From contig MU004232.1 of NCBI GenBank assembly GCA_010405405.1, forward strand, positions 2,313,481 to 2,377,480: a stretch of DNA of 64,000 bases, written 5' to 3'. The stretch comes from Microthyrium microscopicum. Lineage: Eukaryota. Made by a program: the position numbers and the translations under genes. This document shows positions 11,236 through 22,876 of this stretch, piece after piece (within the stretch, counting starts at the first letter, position 1; each line of letters starts with the position of its first letter). Under the pieces are notes generated by a model, which did no database searches, was not told where the DNA came from, and saw only the letters and a list, made by a program, of their open reading frames with translations.

Positions 11236-12033
11236 TCATTTCTGACCGCAGTGAGTTGGGCAGCCAAGGCAGATCGGCTTTTCGACCAGGTCGTGCTTAG
11301 CCTCTGCCACTTGAGAGCGGACATTACCGCGTGCTGCGTTCGAGCTACGAGCTCCCTTGGTGCTTGAAGTTGGCACGGTGGCTGGTCCGGCGAAGCGGGA
11401 GAATTCAAGTCCGTTGACCCGCTTAGCGGTGACTGGAGGAGCAGCAACAGCTGGAGCTTGCTGAGGAGCAGCTGGCTTAGTAGCTTGGGTATGCCGAGAT
11501 GGAGCGAGACCTGTTGGCTTTGGTGGCTTTGGGGCATGCTGAGATGCTACAGGAGCTTTTGGCTTGGGAGCATAACGAGAAGCTTCAAGGCCTGGTTTCG
11601 AGTCATACAGAGGTGTTGCAAGATCTGCTGGCTTTGGGGCATGCTGGGATGCTACAGGAGTTTTTGGCTTTGGAGCATTCTGAGATGCTACAGGAGCTTT
11701 TGGCTTTGGGGCATATCGAGATGCTTCAAGACCTGGTTTTGAAGCATACAGAGATGGTTCAGGACCTTTTGGCTGTGGGCCTTTTGGAGTCTTTGAAGCT
11801 GGCTCAACGAAGGCTTGTACGGTTTCCGCGGGCGGAGTAGTTGTAGCATCTTTGGAGGCCGCAACATATGTGGGCTTTGATGCCAGTGGAATCTGGGGTG
11901 CTTCGTTCGCTACTGGTAGCTTTGGTGAAGTGGTATGTGCAGCAACAGAGCTTGGTTGGGCCTGAGTAGGCGGAGGAGTTAGAGTAGTCGGAGCATATCT
12001 GGAAGACTCAAGTCCTTTGAGGTTAGGAGCCAT
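11236..12033 (-). CDS. Pro/Ala/Lys-rich repetitive protein with GLxxSR[YHF] motifs
   Basis: Open frame from ATG 12033; GLESSRYAP, GLEASRYAP x2, GLAPSRHT, GLEFSRFA; C-terminal CxxCxxHC. Confidence 0.7.
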   Translation of the reverse strand: MAPNLKGLESSRYAPTTLTPPPTQAQPSSVAAHTTSPKLPVANEAPQIPLASKPTYVAASKDATTTPPAETVQAFVEPASKTPKGPQPKGPEPSLYASKPGLEASRYAPKPKAPVASQNAPKPKTPVASQHAPKPADLATPLYDSKPGLEASRYAPKPKAPVASQHAPKPPKPTGLAPSRHTQATKPAAPQQAPAVAAPPVTAKRVNGLEFSRFAGPATVPTSSTKGARSSNAARGNVRSQVAEAKHDLVEKPICLGCPTHCGQK

Positions 12034-12861
12034 TGGGTTGGCAGTTTTCGACTTTTGAATTATGTAGCTTTCCACTTTCGAATAGGAGATTGTGTCGCGG
12101 CGGTATTGAGTATTGGAAACAAAAATGACTTAAACCATCGTAATTGTGGTATATGTATGTTCCACAGCTCCCACGATTTTAGTGACAAAGGCATTGTCGA
12201 CAACAGGCGAAAGATTACAAAACAGAAAGAATGTATAAACAAAGAGTTTACTTTATCATTGCGAGGATTGTATTTCACAAAATCTCTAGAGAACAAGGTG
12301 ATGGCGCAGCATAAAACCCTCACTGAAATACAACATATTAGTGGATCGGACAAAGGCATATTCAGCCAATAATTTGGGAAAATGGTACTTCTTTCGAATG
12401 TGTTTAACGTCCAAGTTACGACGTTTAAAGTCCAAGCGACAAGGGGTCAAACTCTATAAACTTAAAACTGCTCTATTTATGCATTTACACACTGTTAACC
12501 TCACCACTCGAGGTCTTTGGCAATTTGACCGGACCACGCCGACTTTTTGCTACAGGCCTGACAGCTGGACTTTTGGTTTTTAGGTACGCGAGATGGCGAT
12601 GTTGGACGATCGGCTTCACTCAGGACGAACAGCTGGGAATCAACATAAATCGAACGCGAATTCAGTTTGATTATTCAAGCAAAATGGATTGAGGTACCAA
12701 AACTTTACTAATCCACTGTAAAGTATTGGATCGAGATAGGCAGTCCGAGATGGAAAGTTGTTAGACGCAATTATAATTGTATTGGTGCAAGAGACGTGGC
12801 TAAAGATAAGCTGATGATAACCTAAAAGTTCCTGGACGAGGAGACGATCTATAAATTGAGC

Positions 12862-13302
12862 TCAGATACGAGACCCCAATGTTCCTCGATAGATAGCAGG
12901 CGGTGCTGCTACTGAGCTAGGCCGCGAAGATCCTTCGGCATCATATTGGAAACAGCGAGCAAGATCGCGATCCATACTATCCCCGGATCTCGGTGAATCC
13001 ACAAGGACAGATAGACGCAGTGGCCTTAGACCCTTCTGCTCCTCAGCTATGCGGAGCTTGTCGCGTCGTGCTCGTTGGTATTCGACGTCGACATGAAGGT
13101 GGTGCCAAAATACAATGGCATCCTGCTTCATAATGTCTCGGCAGTCTACACTGCGACGTATGACTAGCAGGAAGTAGATCAGTGCGGAGGCGAATACGAA
13201 TAGGAAAGATGTGAGCATCGCAACTGCTGCAATAGCACCGTCTGGCCATTGTCCTGAGTAGGTTGGCTGAACCATGTCAGAAGCGGCCGAAGCGGGTGCC
13301 AT
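12862..13302 (-). CDS. Hypothetical single-pass membrane protein (146 aa)
   Basis: TM segment AIAAVAMLTSFLFVFASALIYFLLVI followed by RR; TATAT-like element upstream (~13440). Confidence 0.6.
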   Translation of the reverse strand: MAPASAASDMVQPTYSGQWPDGAIAAVAMLTSFLFVFASALIYFLLVIRRSVDCRDIMKQDAIVFWHHLHVDVEYQRARRDKLRIAEEQKGLRPLRLSVLVDSPRSGDSMDRDLARCFQYDAEGSSRPSSVAAPPAIYRGTLGSRI

Positions 13303-13691
13303 TCTGGATATTCTTGCTGTGCTAACGAGTTAGGGGTGTTGTTTCAGGAACGAACCTGGTACTGTGCAATACTGTAGATAATATTACAATGGCCAAGTCT
13401 GTTGGAGTAGCTTAGTTCTACAAGACGAAATACGGGCTATATATTAACATCGTTGGAGATCTAGATGGAAGTAAGAACTGCATAATGTTATTATGGTGGA
13501 TTGTGGACGACTGGTAAACCATGAAAGAAACGTCATCTCCATCAAGGATCGCTCTTTGTTGATAGTGCTAACAATGGGTTTATTTCGATAGTCTTTGTGT
13601 CAAATGAGAGAGTCTTCAGGATTTGGGCAACATGTATTTGATTTTTGAAGGCGTGTGTGATATACCAGGGGCTATAGGAAGGTTTGCTCGC

Positions 13692-16180
13692 TCAACCATC
13701 CAAAGCCTTCAGCAACTCATTCAGCACAGCATCCGTGGTTCTCTTCGACACCACCAATCCACTCATGAAGTACATGACATTTCCAAGCACTCTGGAATGA
13801 ATCATCCAGCCTTTTTCTCCGACCTGGGCTAGTTGGGCCTGTACTCCGGCTGCCGCTGTGCTGTTATATCCGCCCTTGCCAGCTTCCGCCTTCAAGGTCA
13901 CCGCTAACACCGTGCCAAGCGCTATGACACCCTCAACTCGTTTATGTGCTGCGACTTTCCCCACTAAATCGTCTTCCCAGACACACCATAGCTGATCATT
14001 TTCGCTAGCTGCGTATTGAGCCCAGGGCTTCTTTTGCATAGTCTCCAGAGACGTAATCGCAACCTGGCATCCAACTGCGTGTGCGGTATAGCTATGCCCA
14101 TGGAGCAGTGCGCTAGTTTTATCTTCTCCTTCGAAGGATTTGAATATGGACTGGCCAGCCATCGTGGTACAAAGCGGGAGTAACCCACCAGTAAGCAATT
14201 TCGCGTTGACGACTATGTCCGGCATGACATGGGTCAAGTCATTGGTGTTAAATGGTCCCAGGCGATGTAGACCGGCGAACACCTCATCGTGGATGACGGG
14301 GACTCCAGACCATTCTTTTGAACCAGTAGTTCTAGGTGCAGCGGAATTGACGAGCTCCGGTTCGTTGCGGACAAGGTTGACTAAGGCGGCGTGGAAGACA
14401 GGATCCACGAATATCATACCACCAGCACCGAGAAGGATAGGCTCGAGCAGCAGGGCACCGAATTTGGTGCCTTCTGCATTAAGTCTTTTGAGAGTGTCGC
14501 GGATGTATGAAGTGTATTGTTCGTACAGGGTGCTCGAAAATCGCTCTTTCTGGAATATTTCCGGTAGAGCTCTAGCAAAGCCTTTGGTGGCATACGCCTC
14601 TGTTTCAGAGGTCAAGTAAGACTTGAGCTCAGATGGAAATGTAATTGTGTACTTTTGAGGTCCTGTCATGTGAATCTGAGGCGTTGGGAACCAGACTAGA
14701 GGAAATTAGCGACAGTGTTAATGAGTTGACTGACATGATACTTACAACCCTTTGGCCTGTACCATTCCACTTTATCGTTGTATATCGATGGTTCGGAACT
14801 ATCCATGACTCCCATGGTATCACCATGATAGCTTCCTTGAAGGCCCAAAACCTTTACATCGTCTGTTTTATGGTTCCAGCCGTATCTATCACAAGACGCT
14901 CGAAGGGCCATCTTCAAAGCGACTTCCATACCAGTGCTACCATTATCCGAGAAAAATACTCGATCTAATCGTGAGTTGTTGTGTCCTTCAAGTAGTGCTT
15001 CTGTAATCTTAAGAGCCGGCTCATGAATGGCGCCTGCAAACATGACGTGCCCATATCTTCCAGCCGCATATGCTGCTGCGAGTGATAATTCCGGATTCCC
15101 GTGTCCTAGACCTTGAGTCCACCATGAAGCGGATCCATCAACAGCGGCACGCAGAAGAGATTCGGATTTAGACTTTTCGTTCTTCACAAGAGTATCAAAG
15201 TTGTTCTTATACGCAGAGTCAATGACCAAGATATCCTTAGGCTTCAGGTTGGAATGTTGAGTGAATGGATACCAGATCTGCTTGTGTGCGCGTTCAGCCA
15301 TGGAGTCTAGTTCAGTGATTCGATTAGTATGGCCCGACTTGAGCTTATCGAGCACTTTATAGACCATGTCCAGGGATGTAACTTCGGAATAATAGTTCCA
15401 CATATTTTCCATATCCTCTTCTGGGTTCTTCTTGGGTGCAGGCGGTTTGGGCAAAGCCAGTGTTGGAACACCTCGTTCGTCGAAATAGCTTTCCAAATAT
15501 TTGACATTCTGATACTCGTCCTCTTCGAAAATAAGATGAAGAAGTACATCGTATCCGCGAAGTTTCAGAGACTCATATCCCGAGATGGTCGATCCGATAC
15601 CCCCTAAGTGAAAGTCTCCCACGAATAAAACTGGTAGCCGCAATGGACGGTACAGGTCGGCCTGTAAATTGCCTGATGGCGCAGGAGAGAGTACACCGCC
15701 AGCTGTTTCCACGATGGAGACATCGTCTCCTCGCTTAGCACTTTGTAATAGGCGATCATATGTCTTTTCTAGAATTTCAAAGTCTTCCGGGACCTGCAAA
15801 GCATTAGAATGGTGTTTCGATAGGACATAGTCACATACATGGCCTTCAAATCTCGCCGCCAAGTGAGGACTTATGGGCTTTGAAAATTGGAAGATAGTTT
15901 CTGTATTAACACCATCTATAAATTTCGAAATATGACTACGTCACAAATCAGTACCAATGCACTTTGTATGAGACGATGGAAGAAAAGTAACATACCGCCC
16001 ATCAGCATGTTCAATGGCTCCCGTAGACACTGGCTTCAGGTAATTGACCTTTGCTTTTTGTCTCTCGCGAAACGCTTTGCAGAGAATAGTGCTGACAATG
16101 GTCTTGCCCACATTAGTATTGGCACCATAAACCTGAAAGGTCTGCAGGGTCGGCCAAAGCGTCGCTCCAATTCGCTGCAT
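13692..16180 (-). CDS. bioDA: Bifunctional dethiobiotin synthetase / DAPA aminotransferase (BioDA, BIO3-BIO1); exons 16180-15996, 15935-15839, 15793-14746, 14695-13692
   Basis: P-loop GANTNVGKT, YLKPVSTG, SPHLAA, VETAGGV; aminotransferase-III motifs ASWWTQGLGH, SDNGSTGMEVALK, YHGDT, DEVFAG, AKLLTGG, HGHSYTAH. Canonical introns restore the frame. Confidence 0.95.
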
Positions 16181-17087
16181 CCTGAACGTCGTCTCAATTC
16201 CACATTAGCACAATGAACTGGCAACAGATGCTCCTCATCAAATTCGGCCTCAATGTTCGTAACGCGAAGCGGGGAAGGGCCAAGAGAGAAGCTGGTGGTT
16301 GGTTTGAAGCAAGGTGCGGTTGTGCATGTAATTTCCAGGGTTGTTGACGTTGGGAAGGCTCACACTAATGCGGCTGTTGAACGCCTCTCGGCCCAATTGG
16401 GTGGACCCTGAGGATTGGCTCGGTACTTTTACGCTTATTGGATGAGATCTGCAGCATAAGGCTGAAATTGTTTTGTAGTAAGCTTAAGGTTAGAGAGAAT
16501 TATATTCTCGGTCCGACTGCGAAGCATGCAATCTGCTAGTGTCATGGCTCATTATGATACAAATATCAACTATTATGTGCTAAGAACAGATATTGGAATT
16601 ATTTCATACAAGCAAAGAGTGAATATGGTTAACTGTTTGATATTCGATACTACAGGAGGCTGACTAGAACTATGTTTCATGCACTATTACAGGACTTTTG
16701 ATCAACCATTGCACTAAAGTTTTTGTCAGAGCCCAAGATAAAATAGGAATTCTGTCTTTCAACCAGACTCTGTAAGCAGAAAAGAGACAGGAAGAGTAGG
16801 TAGGTAGCTTGCAATGATGCAGTAACCTAAAAGGCCAAAATCTCCAACTGGTCTCAAACAGTAGGCATTAGTACCTAGTGAGAATAACTTTCATATCCAG
16901 ATTGTCAGTTGATGAGATGTTACTATTTGGCCATTTCAATGCTGCTTTATTCACATCACCAATACATATGACTCCAAGGACATTGTCACCCGTGATTTTT
17001 TGCTTTATAACACATGAACTGCTTTCAGACCTCCTTCTCAGTATCCCAAACCTCCATCATACGAGTCTCTCACACACCAACTTCAAA

Positions 17088-17381
17088 ATGGAGGAAGATC
17101 TCCTCACCCTATGGAATTACAAGCACGAATACGCTGTAGACTCTACACAAAGCCACTGGACATGTCCCTGCCACTTTAGCAGCGACGCATTCTGGTTCCT
17201 CAATGGGACCAGATGTAAAAATCGCTGCGAAACATGTTCAGTGCAGCAGTGCGCGATTGCCTGCTTGAACAACGCTGAGCCAGCGAAAGCCATGAAGAGG
17301 ATTGATGGAAAGTGGCAAGTAGTGGAAATTGCAGAGAGATGGGATGATGAAGGAGACGTAATATGGAGTGGCTCTGAATAA
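17088..17381 (+). CDS. Small Cys-rich protein (97 aa), possible zinc binder
   Basis: CAAAATGG start context; CPCH-x13-CxxxCxxC-x4-C-x3-C; no signal peptide. Confidence 0.55.
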   Translation: MEEDLLTLWNYKHEYAVDSTQSHWTCPCHFSSDAFWFLNGTRCKNRCETCSVQQCAIACLNNAEPAKAMKRIDGKWQVVEIAERWDDEGDVIWSGSE

Positions 17382-17680
17382 AGACACGTCGTTTTCTGTA
17401 ATTGGTTATAGAAGCTATGATGTGTGTGTATAAGCTCCGTGACATATCTGAAGAGCCATCAAAAAACCGGCAAAATTGAACAAACGAATGACGAAGAAAA
17501 CAGTCAATTCTAGAGCACGCTGCTTATTTGGTCATCTCCTCGACAATTCTACCACAAACTGACCAGCAAGAGGAGGTACATAAGCCACTAACGATCGTAT
17601 GTAAGTCAAAATGACTTGCTCTCTAAACTCAACGCTCCGTAGACAGAAATTTGATCCAAACAAACCAGCAGTTCCCCATT

Positions 17681-17908
17681 ATGCAACCGAATCGCTCGTA
17701 TGGCCCTACGCGCTTCAGTGACCGGCCTGATGCCATGCAACAATGGGAAGATAGGACCATTACCAACGACTATTTGAAATGCTCATGCCATCTGTACTAT
17801 TCCGGCAACTCATATCTTATTTCCCCAAAGTCCAACAGCATTGTCGTCAACAGTGCAATCTATGCTCCGTTGTACCACCTATGCTATATCAAATTTGTCA
17901 TATACTAA
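17681..17908 (+). pseudogene. Probable frameshifted paralog of the 17088 Cys-rich gene
   Basis: CSCH in one frame, then HCRQQCNLCSV in another frame. Confidence 0.4.
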
Positions 17909-18856
17909 TTGGAACTATAGAGAAGACAGTGTTTCTTCCATCTCCAGCTACGCTTCCCTTGGGCAAGATTCATGTACGGTCCGAAGCAGGTCAATGTAAT
18001 GTAAAGGATAGAGAATATGGGAACGATGGGGATGATGACGCGCTACTGTAACAGACTTTTGGCAGAATGCAGCTATAGAGACTGGTAGAATTCACATTGA
18101 CTGATAAGCTCCTTTGATACAAAGAACTGGTGATCAGGACCGCCTGTGGAGCAGACACAGCTTTGCAATAGTGAATAACACTCAAAAGCGACTATATAAT
18201 CTAGTCAATTATGTTCTGCATGCTCCAACGTTCAGTCCGTATTGCGTATACTAGGTATCAATATCAGCGCCACATTCCACAAGGCTACAAATCATCCACG
18301 ACAAGCCATTATCATGCAATTTGATGCACTACAACCATGTGAAGGCAGGTCATGCCAGGTGGCTACAAGACCTGTGCATGCCATATTGACGCCATCGCCG
18401 TACCCAACAACCAATTCCGCTTACGTGTACTAAGATTCTGCTCACCAAGCTGCAAGATATGGCATGTACGTTCGAGCACTCAAGTAGCCCCAAAAAACGA
18501 CCAGCCACGAACTAAATTACCGGGCAAACGTTGCTGCAAACTGACTGTAGCAAACCTTAAATGGGTGGGTGGGACAACCGAATACGATTCCAAGATCGAT
18601 AGATTTCACGTCTATTCACGGGGCCGACGCATTGAGCCATCACAGCAAGTCCGAAGGAGAGTAAACTGGTTGTTAATAAGTTTGTTTTGATGAAGTGACT
18701 ATAAGAATATATGTCCATGTCCATGGGAGAAAAGAAAGGCCCAACGAGGACAACCCAAACACCGACTTTTTTTGAATATTCCCAATAATGCTGCTGAATA
18801 TACACAAACAGCCGAGACCAACCGCTAGTAATACCGCAGTTTCAAACCGGAAGATG

Positions 18857-20619
18857 CTACATTCGATGTTTTTCGCTTTCTGTTAAGTGAGGTGGTTAGA
18901 GTAGTTCAATGGAAAGAGTTGAAGCAATAAGAAATAATTGAATGTCGCGAGAGTCGTTGAAGCAGACAAAAAGTTGAAGGGAAGAAAAAAAGGAGAAATA
19001 AAGTAGAGACAAGGATAGAAGAGGAGGTCAAGACGATTGACCACCAACAGAAGATTTGACTCCATTACGTTGTCAAACCCTCCATAAGATCTAAAGTCTT
19101 CACAGGAGCGTTATTGTGTTGCTTGAACTCACCAAGCCGAGAATAGAGCATATACAATGCCATCTGGTTGCATTCCTGGGTGCCGGTGATCGTTACGAGG
19201 CGCTCGTTGCTGTTGTCTTGTGGTTCGTTGATCTTGATGACACTTCCAGAAAGTTGACGAATCTCATTGATCTTGGCACCACCTTTACCAATGATTGCAC
19301 CAACCATATCATTTGGAATGTAGATCTGTTGGGTAATAGCCTGACCGGGAACAGCGTTGGGCATGGCTTGCGTTGGCGTCGCGGCATGTTGGCCAACCTG
19401 TGAAGCAGCATGTCCATATTGCTGCTGTGCTTGCTGTGGAGCGGCCGAGTAGTTGCCCATGTTAACTGCTCGAGGTGAGCCAGGACCATATGGAGCTACG
19501 GCTTGAACTTGTTGCTGTGCCTGAGGAGGCTGGCCGTGTAAGTATGGCATGCCATATGGGTTAGCAGGAGTACGCTGACCACCTTGATTATTGTGACGAC
19601 GGAAGTTGTCTGGATGACCCCATTGACCTCCGGCGGCTTGTGGAACATATGGCACAACCTGGAGCCCACCTGGAACAACGCTTGCAGGAGCTCCACTGCG
19701 AGTAGCATATGCAGATGCAGCTGGTCCTCCAAATCGTTCCCCAAGTTGCTCAACCAAAGTGCTGCCCACATAGTAGGTTGCAATGTGAACAGCATCAGCA
19801 ACGCCAAGCACGACAAGGGATCGCTCTGTTGACAGAGGTAGTGGAGATTCCGAAGCATTAAGACGAGCACCCGAGGCGTCTTGGATCTCGCGAATGCGAA
19901 CTCCACCTTTACCAATGATGGAGCCGATGAGAATGTGCGGGATCAGAAGACGAAGTGGATAGGTCTTTGATTGCGGGGTGGAAGACTCCTCAAGCGTCTC
20001 ATTATTCAGAGTTCGAATAATGAGACCAAAAGCCTAGAAGATTAGTCGAATACTCGGAAGATAGAGAAAAGATGAATACCTTTGCAACAGCATCAACTGG
20101 GCCGCTAACAGTGAGAATGCGCTCAACGGCGCCACGGGTGTAATCAGAGACTGTGCACTTTGCGCCTGACATGCGTCGAATCAATGTGACATTTTCACCA
20201 CCTTTGCCAATGACAGTCGCGGCCTCCGCACTGGAGATAATGGAACGAATATGAAGCCACTGACTCTCATCCTGGGGTGCTCCCGAGGTAGTAGACATTG
20301 TGGTTATTCCATTGGAGCCAGCGACTGGAATGGGTGCCTTGAGATCCTGAGTGGCTCCAGCTTGAGTTGCGGCAGTTGAAGAGCCATTGTGAGTTGGAAT
20401 TGGCTGGGGTTCGTCCTCGCGTTTAATAGGGACTTCATTGCCAGTCATCGGGTTCACAGGAAGAGAAACATCTGGTTCTGGGGTCGGGTCTCTTATGACC
20501 TTATCTAGTGCCGGACGCTTAGCCTCTGGTTGTTCTCCTGCACCAGACGGAGATGATGGTTCCTCCAGAGGTCGCTTCTGCGAAGGTTGAGCTGTGGCTG
20601 TTGATGGAGAGTCCGCCAT
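18857..20619 (-). CDS. Three-KH-domain RNA-binding protein (Rnc1/Pbp2/hnRNP K-like); exons 20619-20080, 20033-19133, 18879-18857
   Basis: Three GxxG loops (VIGKGGENV, IIGKGGVRI, IIGKGGAKI); the spliced C-terminus reads LYSRLESEKHRM*. Confidence 0.92.
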
Positions 20620-21512
20620 TGTGAGAAATTGGTTGTAAGTTGAATCCGTGTAAGTATCACTGGTTAAATTTTGTCGAAAACTCTGGTTGTAAAATCACCA
20701 GAACTTTAGGTTGAGCAAAAGCGAATAGATTTGATCTCTTGTTATTCTGGAAGCTTTCTACGTACAGCTGGGTGTAGTCGAGGAGGAATTGGGTCGGCGA
20801 GAAAGCAGTCGGGAGCAGGATGGTGCAAGGAGACTTGTGGTGGAAAGGAGACGAAGCTGTGAAGGGACGAATCCAAGTGCTGGTGATGGTTGGGAGAACA
20901 GGCTGTGCTGGAAGTTCGGAAACGGAGCCAGTGAAGGATTGCTGAAAGCTTGCTGGGGAATGGAAGCAAACTTTCGATGAAGGCAACGGTTATCTTGTCT
21001 GGTTCGATGCCAGAGAAAAGAGCCGCACCACCAAAGGAACAAATGGTGGGATGACAAACAGTGAAGGAAAGAAAGCGGTCGATTGAAGGTCGTGAAGGAT
21101 GAAAGAGAAGGCGAATTGATGGATGGAGTTGATGTAGAGGATGCAGAGGATGTAGGAGGGATAGCTACTAGTAGTGAAGAGGAATTGAGCTTTATATCAA
21201 TCAGCAAACCTTGAGTTCTCTGAGTTCTCCTTTAGCCTTCCTCAGTAGGAGAATGTATTAGCACTAGGTCAGGGCGACTGGAAAGTCTAGGGAAGCGCAA
21301 GCCGGATTTAGAGCAGTCGCAGCAGTAACTGGGCAGATAAATGAAACCTCAATAGTGATGAAGTAGGAGCTTTTGACGGGTTGACGATTGAAATCGCAAG
21401 GTGGAGTTGTGAAGAGGAGAAGGTGTTGAAAGTGGTGCAAGTCTTTTCGGCATTTCGGTTTCCATTTTGATTGGCCAAAGTCGGCCCGACTACTCAATCG
21501 AGTTAGCATCTC

Positions 21513-21742
21513 TCGCGTCTGAAGGTGTAATAAGTACTAACAGCAAACGCCCAAGACATGGCAAATACAACAATCGTTCAAGCAAAATTGAGAACCAAAA
21601 AGACCAAGTTGCCAGTAGTGTTGTTTTACTTACGTCACGCGATCTTGATGCGGTTCTTTTTTAGGACAAGTTAGCTACGAAAAGTCTTGGACAAACGACT
21701 TTGTTCAGAGTATCAAAACCGACAGACGCGTCAAGCACGCGA
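21513..21742. promoter_or_regulatory. Cluster of MCB-like (WCGCGW) cell-cycle elements upstream of the CENP-K gene
   Basis: TCGCGT ~21513, ACGCGA ~21637, ACGCGT ~21726, ACGCGA ~21737. Confidence 0.5.
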
Positions 21743-21755
21743 CAAATTCTTGAAA

Positions 21756-22876
21756 ATGGCTACAAATGGTGTCTATGCTGGTGTTCTCGAGAGAATTGCC
21801 GCATATCAAAATGGGTTTCATAACGCCGACGAAGAAGAGATGGACGTTGATGTGGCCGAGCCAGTTGATCTTGAAAAGCAGCTTGACTCAGTGATACTGA
21901 ACCTGGAACACCGGCTTAGGGAACATAAAGAAGAGCTTGAAAGCGTATGCTTCTGGAACAAACCTGCTGCAGATACAAACGACTAATTGCCAGCTAGTTA
22001 CAACGCACATCAAAACCACTGGCATCATACACCAGACCTTCTGAAAATGGGCAGGAAAAGTTGAAGCAGTTGGGAGCGGTGACTGAAGCCTACAAGTCTC
22101 TTGCAAATGAGAGTCCGCAGCTACCTGAGCCAGATTCTGTTCTACCATATTTATTGGCAGCCCAAAGCATCAATCAGTCACTATCAGACTCTACAGCGGC
22201 AGTAGAAACGACAATAATTCAGCTAGAGTCCGCAACAGAACATGCCAAGGATGAAGAGAATAGTCTCTCAGACTCAACTCTACTTACAGAAGCACTTGAA
22301 TCTCGTCTTGCCAGACTGCAAATCGAAGAACAAGCACACTCAACTCGAGATCCCCAGGAGATGGCAATAAAGCTACTAGACACAAAAATCCAACGACAAA
22401 GACAATTTGAGACTGAATCCCAACGACTACACAAATCTCTCGAAACCTTCATCAGCGAGCACCTGGGAGCCATGATAGCCGCCGAAGAACTAGGCGGGCC
22501 CGTCGTCGGCGAGCTTTCAGACCTCAACGAAGACATGCTAACCGCCGGCTTCTCTTCACAAGGACGACCCAAACCCGCCAAGCCAGACTCAAACGCCACG
22601 GCAGGAGCAGCCAAACGGCAGCGCCGAATTGACGAAATTTGGGGCAGTGCGACAGCGTCAGGCCAACAAACGTCAGAGCATCAGGCCGCGTGTGAGGAGC
22701 TCAATTCGCTGTTGGATGACCTCGTTTCTGCATCATTGGCAAACACGTCGTATGTCGATCTTAGCAGAGATTCTGCCGCCTCTAGGTTTCTTGTCAGAGC
22801 AAAAGTGGCTCAGTTCCATCCAAAGGATGCTCGGAAATTGCGATTGGTGGACTTTGCTAGAGAACTGGATGGTTAG
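21756..22876 (+). CDS. Inner kinetochore subunit CENP-K (Sim4/Mcm22-like); intron 21945-21997
   Basis: Coiled-coil body; C-terminal RFLVRAKVAQFHPKDARKLRLVDF typical of CENP-K; GTATGC..CTAAT..TAG intron joins the frames. Confidence 0.75.
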
